Assembly (NCBI GenBank): GCA_000934665.2
Contig: JYFJ02002888.1
Location: forward strand, 1 to 49,366
From: Catajapyx aquilonaris
Lineage: Eukaryota
Reading direction: 5' to 3'
DNA length: 49,366 nucleotides
The notes beneath the pieces are model-generated. The model was given only the letters and a program-made list of their open reading frames with translations. It ran no database searches and was not told the DNA's origin. Both the position numbers and the translations under genes were made by a program. Shown piece by piece: positions 33,801 through 46,661 of the stretch. The stretch's first letter is position 1, and every line of letters starts with the position of its first letter.

Positions 33801-36800
33801 TCGTATCCTTCAAATTATCCCAGCAACATTCTGGCGTCGAGGGCGCCGTAATCCGCAGATGAAACTACGAATTACGATGCAGCGACGAAAGAAGTTCAAA
33901 AAGAGCTGTTTGCACTTTTTCACAGAGGAAGATATTTTAGTTTTTGGGTGAGGTATGTAAATCATGTGACCTGGCCATGTGAGTAGTCATCAGTTTCAGT
34001 GGCACAGTTTAGCAGCAGGAAAATAAAACTCGTTATAATACCGTATATTTTATCAAATTAGCCATAGTTTGTTAGCTAACTGCATAATAGCGGAAATATT
34101 AATGGGGGATATAGGTAAATAAATAAACAAATTAAACAATAGCAACTGTATGAGCCCCAGATATTTTAAATAATGCAATATTATTACCCTACAAATGTAT
34201 ATTTAAATAAGCCTCTGTGATTGAACAGAGGATGCATACCGGTAATGTTACTCAGCAAAAAAAGGAGCGCAATGCATATTAGGGTTTCCCTTACACGTTA
34301 CGCCGTACTTGCTCTCCTATGGGCTAATCCTCTCGCTTTGGTAACCCAGATGATTATGTCGACATTAACGAGCTCATTTAAAGCTGATCATCGATGGGCT
34401 TAGTTGCAAATAGGATGCCTGGCATTATATCCGAAATTGAACTAACCTGCGGAGCTTACCTTTAAATAACGTATAGGTCGGTTAGTGAAAAACCAATCTC
34501 AAAATTGCCAACTTAGTGAGCTTGAACGAAACCCAAAAAGCCAATATCCCAATTACAAAGTGCTACTCGTACTCGCCAGGTCACGTTCAAAAGAACACAT
34601 ATGGCATTATATTTATCAAGAGCGAAATACGAGCTGCTTCTAGGTGTACAGTAACATTGTAAAGGTCATATCTATTTCCCTCAACTCTTGAAATTGTTAA
34701 ACGAGCGCTTGAGTTAGAACCCACTCTACGCCCACACCCCAACATGGGAGTTTGCCGTGACATTGACTCATTTTGGCAAAGCGGTTTTTACACATGGGAA
34801 TCTCAACTTTTGTCACGACAAATATTTGCATCCTTCTCTCCTTTTTCGAAGTCAGGTTTTCGGGTAAGAATTGTTGAATTGTTAGACAACATCCCATCCG
34901 AAGAGGCAAAGTTATTGCAAAGGCATGTTCGGGGTGACCAAAATGCCCCATAATATGAGGGAATTTGAGGGAAATGTAATAATTTTGTTTTGAATAATTG
35001 AATTATTTCAGGTGATGAGGAATGAGGCTCGTAATTTTTTGCTGCCACTGGGTTTTGTTTGTTTGTTTGTTTTCTTTACCAGTGCAGTGCTATGGCTTTG
35101 TTGGGGAGACACTGAAAACCCTTTATAGTTTACATAATTTCATCCGTATTTCATCATACATTTCCGTCATATCTGTACACGCCGTTAACGGTTGGATTTT
35201 CGACATATCTCACCTCTATACATTTTAGATTGTCCTGAAGTTCTGACTCACCCTGTCCATAGCCCATATAGCTACATCAGGTCACAAGTTTGATCATCGG
35301 GTAAGTGAATTTTGGCACGACTTACCAGTAAATACCGTCAATTATTGCTTAGATTTACGTAAATTCGGAGCTCTGTTAATGTTCCAAATAACTTATAAGG
35401 ATTTCTTTGTAACGGAATAGTTTACATGTGGACTGGAAATCGAGAGTCTTTCCCAGTCGGCTTTCTGGTAGTAGATATAGCTGCACGCAATAATATTATT
35501 GGATATCTTTTTGAAATCAGTGGAGGAAAGGTCTTATTCATTAGGTCCAACATTCTGGAGAGTCCTCATGAGCACACTCGACCAATTCCACTTGGTTGAG
35601 TATGTTTAATGTACTGGCCCAATGGATTAGGTATATTGCAAACCGGCTCATAATGCAGATTTTTGGCGTATATATGCAGCTTATGCCAAAATTTTGATTG
35701 CCTGAAAGATTAATATCACTGCAAGAGGTTTATACCGGTTTCTACAGTAAAAATCCTTTTTTTTGTATCATTGCTAATAAGGGAGCTGGAGAGATTTAAA
35801 AAATAATTAACAGACAGGATAAACTCGTCTCCATTTTCGTAACAGAGTGAAGGCCATCTCTCACAGCAACATCGCCTACGTAAGCAATTAATACTTTGTT
35901 TCATCTCTGTTTTCCTCCTTTTTGATTGGAATTTATTTCCCCCTTACTTATTCATTTTTGTTTCTGAAAAATCGCTTCATATCATTTACTAAGGATTATA
36001 CAAATACTTGTATGTATAATACTGACATCAAACAAGTGGCGATTTTTTTTTCTATTTCAACTACTGTATTACATTGATGATTAATTTGTTTTCAGCGCCG
36101 AGAATAGCATTTTTTTTAAATGGAGGGAACTGCGGATCATCTTATGTGCAAAAAACATATGCTGTAGTAAGTGTAGATGGTATGTTTTATTATAGTAAAA
36201 GAAAAAGTTACGCATATTCCCAAGTGCTTCCTACTCCACACACTCTAAATTTGACAACAGCCTATACGCAAGTGTAATATCAGTCAAAATACTCAGACCA
36301 AACGAAATCCCATATACAACCAGGTATCCAATAACACTCTCCCTCCATCACACCATCCACCAAACATTTGTCGTCACACCCTTAAAAAAAACACCCCGTG
36401 ATTTGGTCCTCCCCATAAAAAGTACCCATCAACATTCCGTCACTCCAGCACAAAATGAGCAACCCTTATAATTCACATCCCTGCAGCACCCCATGTCTGA
36501 TGAACACATTTGTGCACATGAGGCCAGCGACCTGCAAGCTCCACTGTGGTTTTCCCATTAAGGATGCAAACCTGAGAATGGGCCAGAGCGTAGGTAGTTA
36601 TTGCCAATTTGGGGCCTTGCAACTACAACGTCATCCAGATTCGCGGCCTAAAAGCGTGGGTGGCTCCGACTGCTCAAAACTCAGAACCGGGCTTCCCAAA
36701 AGGCCAGAGGGGCCTTGGGTTGTCCCCACTCCCCCGGATACCTGGTGCCCGGAGAAATTAGGCGTGAAGGAGACAGGACGATGTGGGAACTAGGAATGAC

Positions 36801-37275
36801 TGCATTGGATAGGGTGTAGGGTTGGGAGTCGAGGTGATTATGCTGCAATTTCCGGCACATCCATCCATCATTGTGGAGCAAAACTGCCTACCTGATCAAT
36901 GTCGTGGAAAATGCTGGGGAACAGGATTGAAAAGGCTGAGGGAGAGGTAGAGGGGAATGGAGGAGGGGCACTGCACTGCACCCATGCCCGCCCCTTCACT
37001 TCACGTTTCTCATCCGTTACGTGCCTAGGGATTATCTTTTATGGAACTAATGCGATTTGGAGGTTTTCGCAAAATGGAGCGAGGATACAGGAAGGATGCA
37101 GGGTTCAATCGCACGGACACCTTTTTTTTGGGGGGGGGGGGGGGGGNGGAAATATGACAATGCGTGTTAAACAGGGCAGAATTTATCGTGGACATGCAAG
37201 TCCCATTTTGGCAGTTTTGAGTTACTTACACCACTAAGCAGCGTTTTACTGCTCTATCGCCTGATGAAATTCATT

Positions 37276-37304
37276 TAATCAATTCAATTCAATTCAATTC
37301 AATT
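37276..37304. repeat. (CAATT)n pentanucleotide microsatellite, possibly a retroelement tail
   Basis: aatcaattcaattcaattcaattcaatt followed by tgctttatt (AATAAA on the minus strand). Confidence 0.7.
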
Positions 37305-39912
37305 TGCTTTATTTTCCTTGATGCCAAATCCATTTAATCTTAAACATTCATAATGAGCTAGGAAGTCATGATTTTCTGTGTTCACTAGCATGTAAACAAG
37401 TACAAGGTCAAATCTTTAGGCTGAATTATCTCGAAACTTGTTTTTTGGACTTACGTTAGTGCAATTTTTCCTGTATGCCAACAGAACACGTAAAAAATTA
37501 GAGTACGTTGCATGTAGTGTAGTCCATATCAATTCAACATGTATAAAAAAGCCACAAATTAAATGAACAAGTTACCTATTGATAACATATTTGCCAATAA
37601 TACGTAATAATAGCGATAAAGGTTCATTTTTTTTCAATATGGGGTATATCACATCCCTGTCATTTCATTTTTAGGCCAATATTGTTATTTTCCTTTTTAG
37701 TATAAAAATAGTTAATTTAGTTGAAATCACATTTTGTGTATCTGCTTTTTTGCTCAGAAGGTTCAAAATGCATTTGTTATCGCTTAGCGGTACTTCAGAG
37801 CCATATAAGGCTTGAAATACATAAATTTATAATGAAGTTAGTTGTGGCATTAGCGGCCATGTACTGCGGACTTATTTCCCTACTTGCTACTGCTAAAATG
37901 GAAGCTTGCAGAAGAATATTCAAGCTCGTACTCTTTTAAATAATTAAGTCGGATCCTAAGTGCCCCAGAATTCTTCTGGGAATACAGTAATTTCCAAAAA
38001 TTCTCCTCGGTGTAGGCCGCCTGAAGCCCAAAATTTCGTGAGTAATTTATGTGAGTTATTACCCGATCGGAAAACATCCTTTAATATTTTCACGAGAAAC
38101 GTTCAAGATTGAGAGCTGGGAAAAAAGCAGCAGGTAAAATTCAGACGCGTTTCGTCCAAAGAGAGCCTCAGGCAAATACGAATTGAAAACTGGCTTGATT
38201 CAGAGCTTTAATGGCCGGCAGAGCAACACGCAATTTTCATAAGTGCGAAGGGGGGTTGGATGCATAGGAAGCACGTCCATTTGCAGATTAGAGGCCATTT
38301 CGATATCACATGACTGACTTTTCCTGAGTAAAGAAGCCTGTAGGTGGTGCCTCTCATTCACCCGACGCATCAACTCTAACGGGTTGTCACATTTGCTTCC
38401 AATGCAATCAACTTTGGGATCCCAAAAAAAAACTAACCTGGTTTTTCATTATATCAAGATGGCACCTTGATTTTAAAGGCCCATTATAATTATTAAAAGA
38501 CGTGGGTCATCACAGCAGATTCGTCCAAAAAATAAAACGCGTTGGGGCTAAAATCACTGCTATTTAGTAGCTGATGAATAGGGCTGCCAAAAGCTAAATG
38601 AAATGTCCAGTATAAGGAAGGGGCGTAACTATTGGTCGACGTAACACGAGTGAAGCTAATTATCACGACAGCTCTAGGCAGCACTTGAAACAACACTCCG
38701 ATTGAGTGTGAGGTCAAGGTGGGACAGTGAACCCCATCCTGTTTCCCCTCGCGGCGACTATGGAATAATGAGACTCTGTGACGCTATTATCCTCGCGCGT
38801 AAATTAACAATGCATAGCTATAAAGTTAGGAGTGCAGCAGGAGAGTATGCATATAAAGAAACACAAAGTTAGGGGCTATTGCATCTTTCAGGGGCTGCTC
38901 AAAATTGCAAACTGGGCACAAATTGTAAGAGTGTCTCCCTCGGGGCGTTTGGGGGATGAGCAGGGGCTAGGTGTAGCATTCATCAGTTAGGATAACTGCA
39001 ATGGACCACATAAAACATGTACCTGTCATTTGGTGGCAACGCAATTTGTTTCTGCGCACAAAATGTGCCAGGTAATCACAGGAAGGGCTGCAATGATAAG
39101 TCATTTGAGTCATTTGGCTCTTCCATAACATGTAGATTTCATTAAAATAAATATATAATAAAATGTAGATTCAGTTACTAACAGTATCTGCATACTTATA
39201 ATTTGCTATGAAATAATTGATGGCCCTTCAAAGTGTAATAAATATAATTCTACTGTGTGGTTGTACTAATATTGTTTGTGCATAATTAAGAGGCTGAGTG
39301 CATTATGCGGTGTTAATGTAATATGCTTAATTATCAGCATGAATACCAAAATGAAAACTACTTGTGGCGCATAACACAGTTCTTTACAAAAAAACTGCGA
39401 AAGTTATTCTAGCAATTTCTTGGCGCGATGTAATGCAGGTGTAGCAGCCTATAATTTGATTTATGTCAACAACAGGTTTTCAATGCATACAATGCTCTGC
39501 TTTATGCTGCCAGATATTGCAAAAATCGGACCTCTGATAATGAAAACTCAGCCATTATCACCGCGGACTATGGTCATAACGGTGTGTAATGACATAATTG
39601 TTAACTAATACAGACCCAATTTCATCTTTTCATGATGTTTGTCCCTGTCATAAACGGATATAAACCGGTTCGATATAGCGGCATAAATTCCCTACTGTAC
39701 TGCTTTCAACAGCCAAGGCCACAAGGTATACTGTACAGAATGCACACCGGTAAGCATGTATAAATCTATACACTTATTGACGTCACTGGCACTCCCAACG
39801 TGACGTCAAACAATGTATAGCAAAAAATGTGGATAGCGGCGAAATTAAACGACAACTGCAACGCTAATAACATTTCTTGCTCTCTTTTTTTGGATACATA
39901 ATCATATCGATA

Positions 39913-40107
39913 GGTGACTTGTAACTTAGCCGAATCACATTTCGACGACTGCCATTTCGCCGAATTGCATTTACAGAAAAAACAAACATGCGCCATGTAA
40001 TAAATTACATGCCCATTAACACCAAGTCTCTGATGTAAATCAGCATGTTAGTGCAACCTAAGGAATGCAATTCGGCGAAACGCAAGTGGAGGAAACTGGA
40101 GGACACG
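39913..40107. mobile_element. Degenerate MITE with TTCGCCGAA subterminal repeats
   Basis: Left ttagccgaat..atttcgacga..atttcgccgaattgcatt pairs with right aatgcaattcggcgaaa. Possible 8-bp TSD tatcgata (39905-39912) / catcgata (40108-40115). Confidence 0.55.
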
Positions 40108-43100
40108 CATCGATAAACCCCCTTTGATATCCATTGTGGCATGGCGAGAAGGTGTTTGAAGACTCCCCACGAAAATGCGCATCATGAAAAACGAGGGGGT
40201 GGGGGGGGGTGGTGGTGTAGATTTTCACTTAAATGGTCTCTTTCCTCTCGTGTCTGGTCCCTCTCAATCGAAAAAGAGAAGTCTGTAAGTGGATTCCTAA
40301 AGCGACACTTGTTTGCCTTACGAGACATTCCGGTAACGATCGCAGACCTCGAACCGGATTAGGACCATCAGAAGCCCTGGGCATATAACCAGTCCTGTTT
40401 TTGCACTATTTTTTTCTATATGTTCAGCACCCACACTCATTTCTTTCGAACAAACTGGTACAAAGGCGAAGTGAATCAGATCTTCTGCAGTGTATCTATT
40501 TCGGTTCTCCAGATTACTTCTATGATCAACCAGGCTTTTTCCTCTCCCCGGTTCTATTCATCCTTATATGCCCAAAAACTAGTATGAATTGACCGCAGGT
40601 TCCTTTCATCATGAAAGTTCCTTCCCAAAAGTTTTGGACTGTCCGGGTCCAAAATTCGTAATTAAATTCAACTTGTGTTGCGGTTACCTTCAATGCCACA
40701 CCTACTATACTAAGTCTAGTTTTGATGTAGGTGTGGCTACATGTGTCACGCCAACAGGCAGACTGCAAATTGATGTCGGGCATGGAAACCCGGCATCAAT
40801 ATGCGGGCTTGCTCTCAATAAGTCGAAGGTGGGCGGAATTGATACTTGGGAGACGCCATTAATCACTAGGGTGTAAATGATGTACCATTTTTCATCCATG
40901 TTTGCTTTCACCTGTAGTAGGTTATCTCTTTACGTCGTTTAACTTTACCTGTCGCATATTTATACGTCGTCATTTAACAAAACGGTTTTTTTTTCGTCGC
41001 GACACACAATAATGATGTGACTTTTCGTCGAATTATTTACATCGTTAGTCGTAAGAGGTGCAAGGTTCGTATTGCCAGCAAGGCAGCAACGATATTGATT
41101 CGTGCCCAAAACCGACCTTTCCAGGTGCCAAACCCTGAACCTGAAAACCATTCAGAAAATTTTTGACTGGACAAATCCCCAGGTGTGAACGGGTTACAAC
41201 AAATGACCGCTAATTCCGGCTATGGCGTACAATGTCCCCTTTTTTTCAACAGCTTCTCTTACCTACACACACGCTACGTGTACTACTGTGACCAAAAAAA
41301 AAAAAAAACAAGCAGCTCAGGTGAGGCAGACGTGAAAGAGGCGATCGATCCGGCGCACCGCTTTTGCCCACTGTGTTGCCAAGTTGCCCCTTTTCCAGAG
41401 TTTTTTTTTTCAGGACTCACCTGTGCTGTTTCCTACATCAGGTGTGATTATTGGGTGGCCTTCTCAACTTACAGTTGGGTAAACATATACCCACGCTGTC
41501 GTTGTTTCCAAGAACTAAGGGGCGAGAGGAGATATTTTTGAGGCTTCCAATCTTGTGAAGGTGAAAAATGAGGTAAATAAATCGGGCGGTACAGTACAAA
41601 ACTGCGCAGTTTTATGATAGGATAGCAAGGTATGGTCTGGACATGTAGGCGGTTGGGAAATGCCAGTGCATGTCATGTCACACTGCTTTCGACTAATGTT
41701 ACGTAACTTGGTGAATATTTCAACTCCATGTTTGCTCTTAACAAACGTCATTTTTTTTCATCCTGCCCTTGATATAACCAAATACATTACGAAGTGCACT
41801 GTAATAATATATGAACTCAAAGTGGGTCCAAAAACCTGTTAATTCATACTTTGGTTTGATTACTCATCATCGCCCACTACCTGCTTTTAATGCGACAGCA
41901 TACGATTTCCGCGGTTGAAAACTGCGCTCCATCTCTATTGCAACCTAAATATGAAATGAATCGACACTAATTAAGCCTATTTGCCTGACGGACAATTTTC
42001 CGCTCAATTTGCGATTTCTGAGGGCTTCCCGAATCATGCATCTCCCTTTAAAAGCAAGGGAGCCGATCGTCGCAAGAGAGTTCCCGTAAAGGTAGCACTA
42101 AGTGAGTAATTTTCTACTCTAGACCAATAACATGGTGCACAAGCGGTGGTGATTGCCACCGCGCTGCATAATGAACAGGCATCGCTGTCGCGTTAGCCCC
42201 TTTACAAACCGTCACCAGATTGACAGTGCATATATTTCATCTCCGCATCAGCAGTAGCGGATGGCAGGATGGGCTGACCTATGTTGTTTCAATCTTGTAG
42301 AAGACTAATGTATCTGCCAGAATGTACCAAAAGGTCAAGAGAGAGTCAACGATCCCATTTAGGAAATTGCAATCGGGTTAATTTTGTCTTATTATTGTGG
42401 GTGTTTTATTGCCAAGTTGTGTGGTAAAAAATTGGGGAACACAAAAGAATTTTTCTGAATTGAGTGAAGATTCTTGGATAAGCCATACTTTACATGCTTC
42501 TGAACTGCTGCAGAACTAACGTAAGTTCATAACTGATTTAACACTGATAACAGTTGCTCATCCAGCAAGTCCACCTCCCTTGCCTGGGTGGTTGGGATAT
42601 CCCAGAAGGAATTGCAGCTACACAGTTGTAAAGCAATGTAAATGGAATACATACAGTAAGGGTATGTTCTGATATTACTATAGAATATTGTTAATAATGC
42701 ATTGCTTAATATGCGTCCAGTAGTGGATTAGCCGAATTATTACAGTAGGTGCCAGATGCGCTTCCTAAATTGTGCAAATTGCCACGTGGAAAAGTGATTA
42801 GATATGTTTAATACAGAACTGCCATATTAGTACATTTTGGGCCACTCATTATTTAAAATAACGTAGTGAGACCTGTACAGGTGTCGTATTCTAACTTATG
42901 TAGGACCCTTAAAAATTGCTGACATTAAGGTTTGTCCTCCTTTCTCCGCACGTGATGCAATATAGCTCTTAATTGTATACCCAAAGTGACCCGTGCCCCG
43001 ATGCTATACGGTGGTCGAGTGACACGCAAGCCCCAAATTAAGTAATCGCTGTCACAATGGAAACTAATTTCCCCTACTTCATTGATGAGGGACTAAGAAT

Positions 43101-46100
43101 GGAAAAAGCCAAACGAGCCCAAGGTGTAAAATTGAACCTTCACCAAATTTCAAAATTAAACGAAAATGACCACAAAAGAGACCAGTCCAAGATTACAGAC
43201 AGTGCAAGTCCTCCATGTACCGGCGGTACATACCTCTCATCATTAATCACTGGCCCAGCATTAATTTTTGAGCCGAGTCATAAAAGAATAACGTCACCCA
43301 AATGTTTTCAACTCCGTTCGGAGAACTGTAGAAAACGCCCCATATGGACAGTTTGGTCTAATAATCACGGCACGAATCACCAGGGAGCACTTACAATCCG
43401 GTGTGGATTGCATCCATTTTTTGAGGGTGAATTATAGTTGTATGGTCATGGCTTTTCCGCACGCGTAGCTATTCGATTCCGCGTCGACAATTCAATGATT
43501 TTTATTTGTTCAGCTTTTTCGACTGGCATATATGTAACATCCGCTGCATTTGATGTCAACACTTGTTATTGACAATGTTGAAAAATATTCTGACTGGTAT
43601 CGCGGCCTACCGGCAAAAATAACCAGTTTGCATTACAGGCGCGAAACTCGCATCAACAACTGCGGCAATCCCCGCTGCGAACTTGTTGATTCCCGGCTGA
43701 AAGGGCGTGGGAGGTATCGCTGGTACAGGGCATGCATAACACAGTAACCAAGACCAAATCCGGCTCTTCACACATTAGCCTGTTACATGCAAATCCGACA
43801 TAATCTTTAAGACAAAAAAGGGTGGAAAAAAATACTCTGAGCTTGTAAATGAGCCTGGTTTAAGTATGGTGAAACATCTGACGCGGAGTGGCGCAGTAGC
43901 CAAGTTGGATGCTAAACATACAGCCTTGATGTTCCATATCATATTTGCATACGCGGAATGTGTTAGCAGCTTGTCTGGTTTAGAAGTGGGGTAAAAATAT
44001 ATACTGGCTGGTCAATTGACTAGCATTGGAAGTGTGGCAGCAATGCAGGATTGGAGAAGCATTTGAGGTATCTGCCACCTGTTTTCCTTCCGGATCACCT
44101 CGAAGGAAAGAGATGAGCTGAAAACAAATGCGACTTTGGCTGGCCACTGGTGGCCAACCATTGAGATTGCTTTTCCCAGGCTTCACCAACCTACTGTTTG
44201 GACAGACCTCAAGGGAAAACAAGCAGAAGTCCAATCAAGGTGTCCCTTACGTCAATGGAGGCTAGCCCTAATTGTCGGCAAACTTGGCCTTCACATGACG
44301 AAAAGTGCAAGTCCTACGCGCTCATTACAGAGTTTACACTGAATTTAATTCTGGTAATGTTTTCTCAAAGTACTGCATTGCTGCGATGTTGCTTATATTA
44401 TCATGAACGGAAATGCGTAGGTTATAATGTGTAAAAATTTTTGGCCAGATATATACAGTGTGCGTTGCGTAATCAGAGTCGTCTGGTTTTAATCACAGAA
44501 AGAGCTATATTGATTATTTTATGAATCAAAGGTACATTTAGTCTGGCGACAGACGCCTACGCTGTTTGTGTTAGTCTTTTGGAATGTTTTACAAGGTGAA
44601 CGTGAATTTCCGCCTGCTCACTTGCATAAATGGATTACCCGCTGCCAGTTCCAGTAGGTTCTCTCTGAAAAGTTAATGGTTAACTAACAGTACCTTTCTA
44701 TTGACCAACTATTAGTTTAGTTTTACAGGGCGGAATCAATACTGATGTATGCATTATTGAGTGCCGTATCCAAATACACATTTAATGTAATCCAGCTTAC
44801 TGCTGGGACTGTATATGCCAGCTGATATCTGTGGCAATCTGCATCACGTTTTTCATTAGGTGCGTAGGTTGAATGCTGAGTGTTAGCCAAATATAGAGGC
44901 AAATAATTCATGGAACTAGGATATAGCATATGCGTCTTATGCGAATAAGATATTTTTAAAATAACCAATTATAAAACTCAGTCACCTGCGAAGTAGGCGG
45001 CATAATTTATTCGTAACGTTAACTATAGATGTAGCTACTGAGAATTTACTGAACCGCCATAACGAGACGAGCCTTTTTAAAATTACGTTACATCACATCG
45101 GACCAATCTATTTCCGTTTTAAAGGGATGTTGATGCGTCATAGAGTGCAAGGGAAGGGGAAGATGCAGTGGGTGGTTAACATGGATGTCATTCACGTGCC
45201 GGCGTCTCATCAAAATATGATGTAATGCAGTGCAGATTTACTATGACATCTCATTTCAGTTACCTAAAATTACACCTCCATAAAGCTCCCCAAATTATTT
45301 ACTTTTCCATTTCAAATACATTTTAATGGCTAAATGAGTAAGTGCAATTAGAGCATTGGCGAATTAGGTGTAGGCGAAATCAACCTATACGATGACCGTG
45401 ACCATGGGAAGAATAGTGGGTAGTACGTAGGTAGCATGAACAAGACTCCTGGGATCCGTTACCTGTGCTATACTAATTTAAAGCCACGGAACGCTTACAC
45501 CACAATCCAAGCAGGACTCTCTACGCGTCTGCATCTTTGATGACCATAAATATAACAACAGGAGGTTATAGTCGAACCCGAGACTCACCAAGGTGAAGTG
45601 TGACGCTTTACCCTGACTGCATCTCTCCCAAAGATTAAATTATGCACACTTCAGCAAATAAACCTAAGTGTTGCTCATTTCCACTGATTGCAGTTCAATT
45701 TATGACGCTCTGCTGAATTGCCGCTTGTAACGAGCAGCAGCAGCACTGGTATATAAATAACTAGGATGAAAGTTTTTTAAGTGCCCATCAGCACACTGCG
45801 CAACTTTTCAAGTTTGAATTGCCACTTGAATTATGCTCGGTTGCGTATCACCTTATTTTGTGCTATCAAATAACCTCATGATGTTTATGTTGTTGTTAGT
45901 GGATCTCTTTTCACCAATGCAATGGCTACGTTTGAAATTAGATCACTCTTGCAGAAAGTTATGCGTAGTATGTGGTGTTTATAACCCGGAGGCAGAGTGT
46001 AAGCACACAAATGTTGAAGGGCGGCAGATGTTGCCTCGGTGTTCCAGAGCAGGATACGGTGACGTTAATCTGAGACACTGTCCACCCTTCTTTATTTAAT

Positions 46101-46527
46101 TGTCATATTCTACTAAGGTATCAACGTCCAAGGTTGAGCTTAAAATTAATTACAGTGATGTCAGTTGTAAGCTCCGCTTTCAACACCTGACGGAAGATTA
46201 GCCTGAAAAGCTTTAAATAATCCGCTGAAATGTAGTATTTTGTATCAGAATTACAATTTATGTAACTTACATTAATAATTTCACTCACGATGAAAGTTTA
46301 TATGATGCTGCTTATGCGTTTCGGTTCAGATATCAAAAGCACTTGTTTCTAATGTAGAAAGTTTTTTTTACATGTAGAGCCCACTGTGCATCTCTCAAGG
46401 GAAACTGAAGAGCAGGTTTCGTGAATGCAGCTGGAAGTGACCTGAAATATTCAAATGTAAGCTAATGCATCATCGTTTCAAATCTACGCATATTATACGC
46501 ACAGTGTGTTGCGTAATATCCTCTAAG

Positions 46528-46661
46528 TTTATCCTCCTGAGACCCCTGGTACAGTATACTGCACCTTTGTTTTTTTTCCAGCACCTTCTGACTAACTCAA
46601 ACGCGTAAAAAAACAAAAGCAAAGGTACAGTATACGGTACCAGGGGTCTCAGGAGGATAAA
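46528..46661. mobile_element. Short hairpin MITE (134 bp), piggyBac-like ends
   Basis: tttatcctcctgagacccctggtacagtatactgcacctttg pairs with caaaggtacagtatacggtaccaggggtctcaggaggataaa (42-bp arms, 2 mismatches). Confidence 0.85.

Noticed and set aside
36330..37237. GC-richer segment with two 112-aa ORFs
   Set aside because: No motif recognised, and the second ORF crosses a poly-G run and an N at 37147. Probably a TE fragment but not supportable.
40526..40911. Overlapping 68-95 aa ORFs with nearby AG/GT signals
   Set aside because: No recognisable domain and no consistent open exon between a good acceptor and donor.
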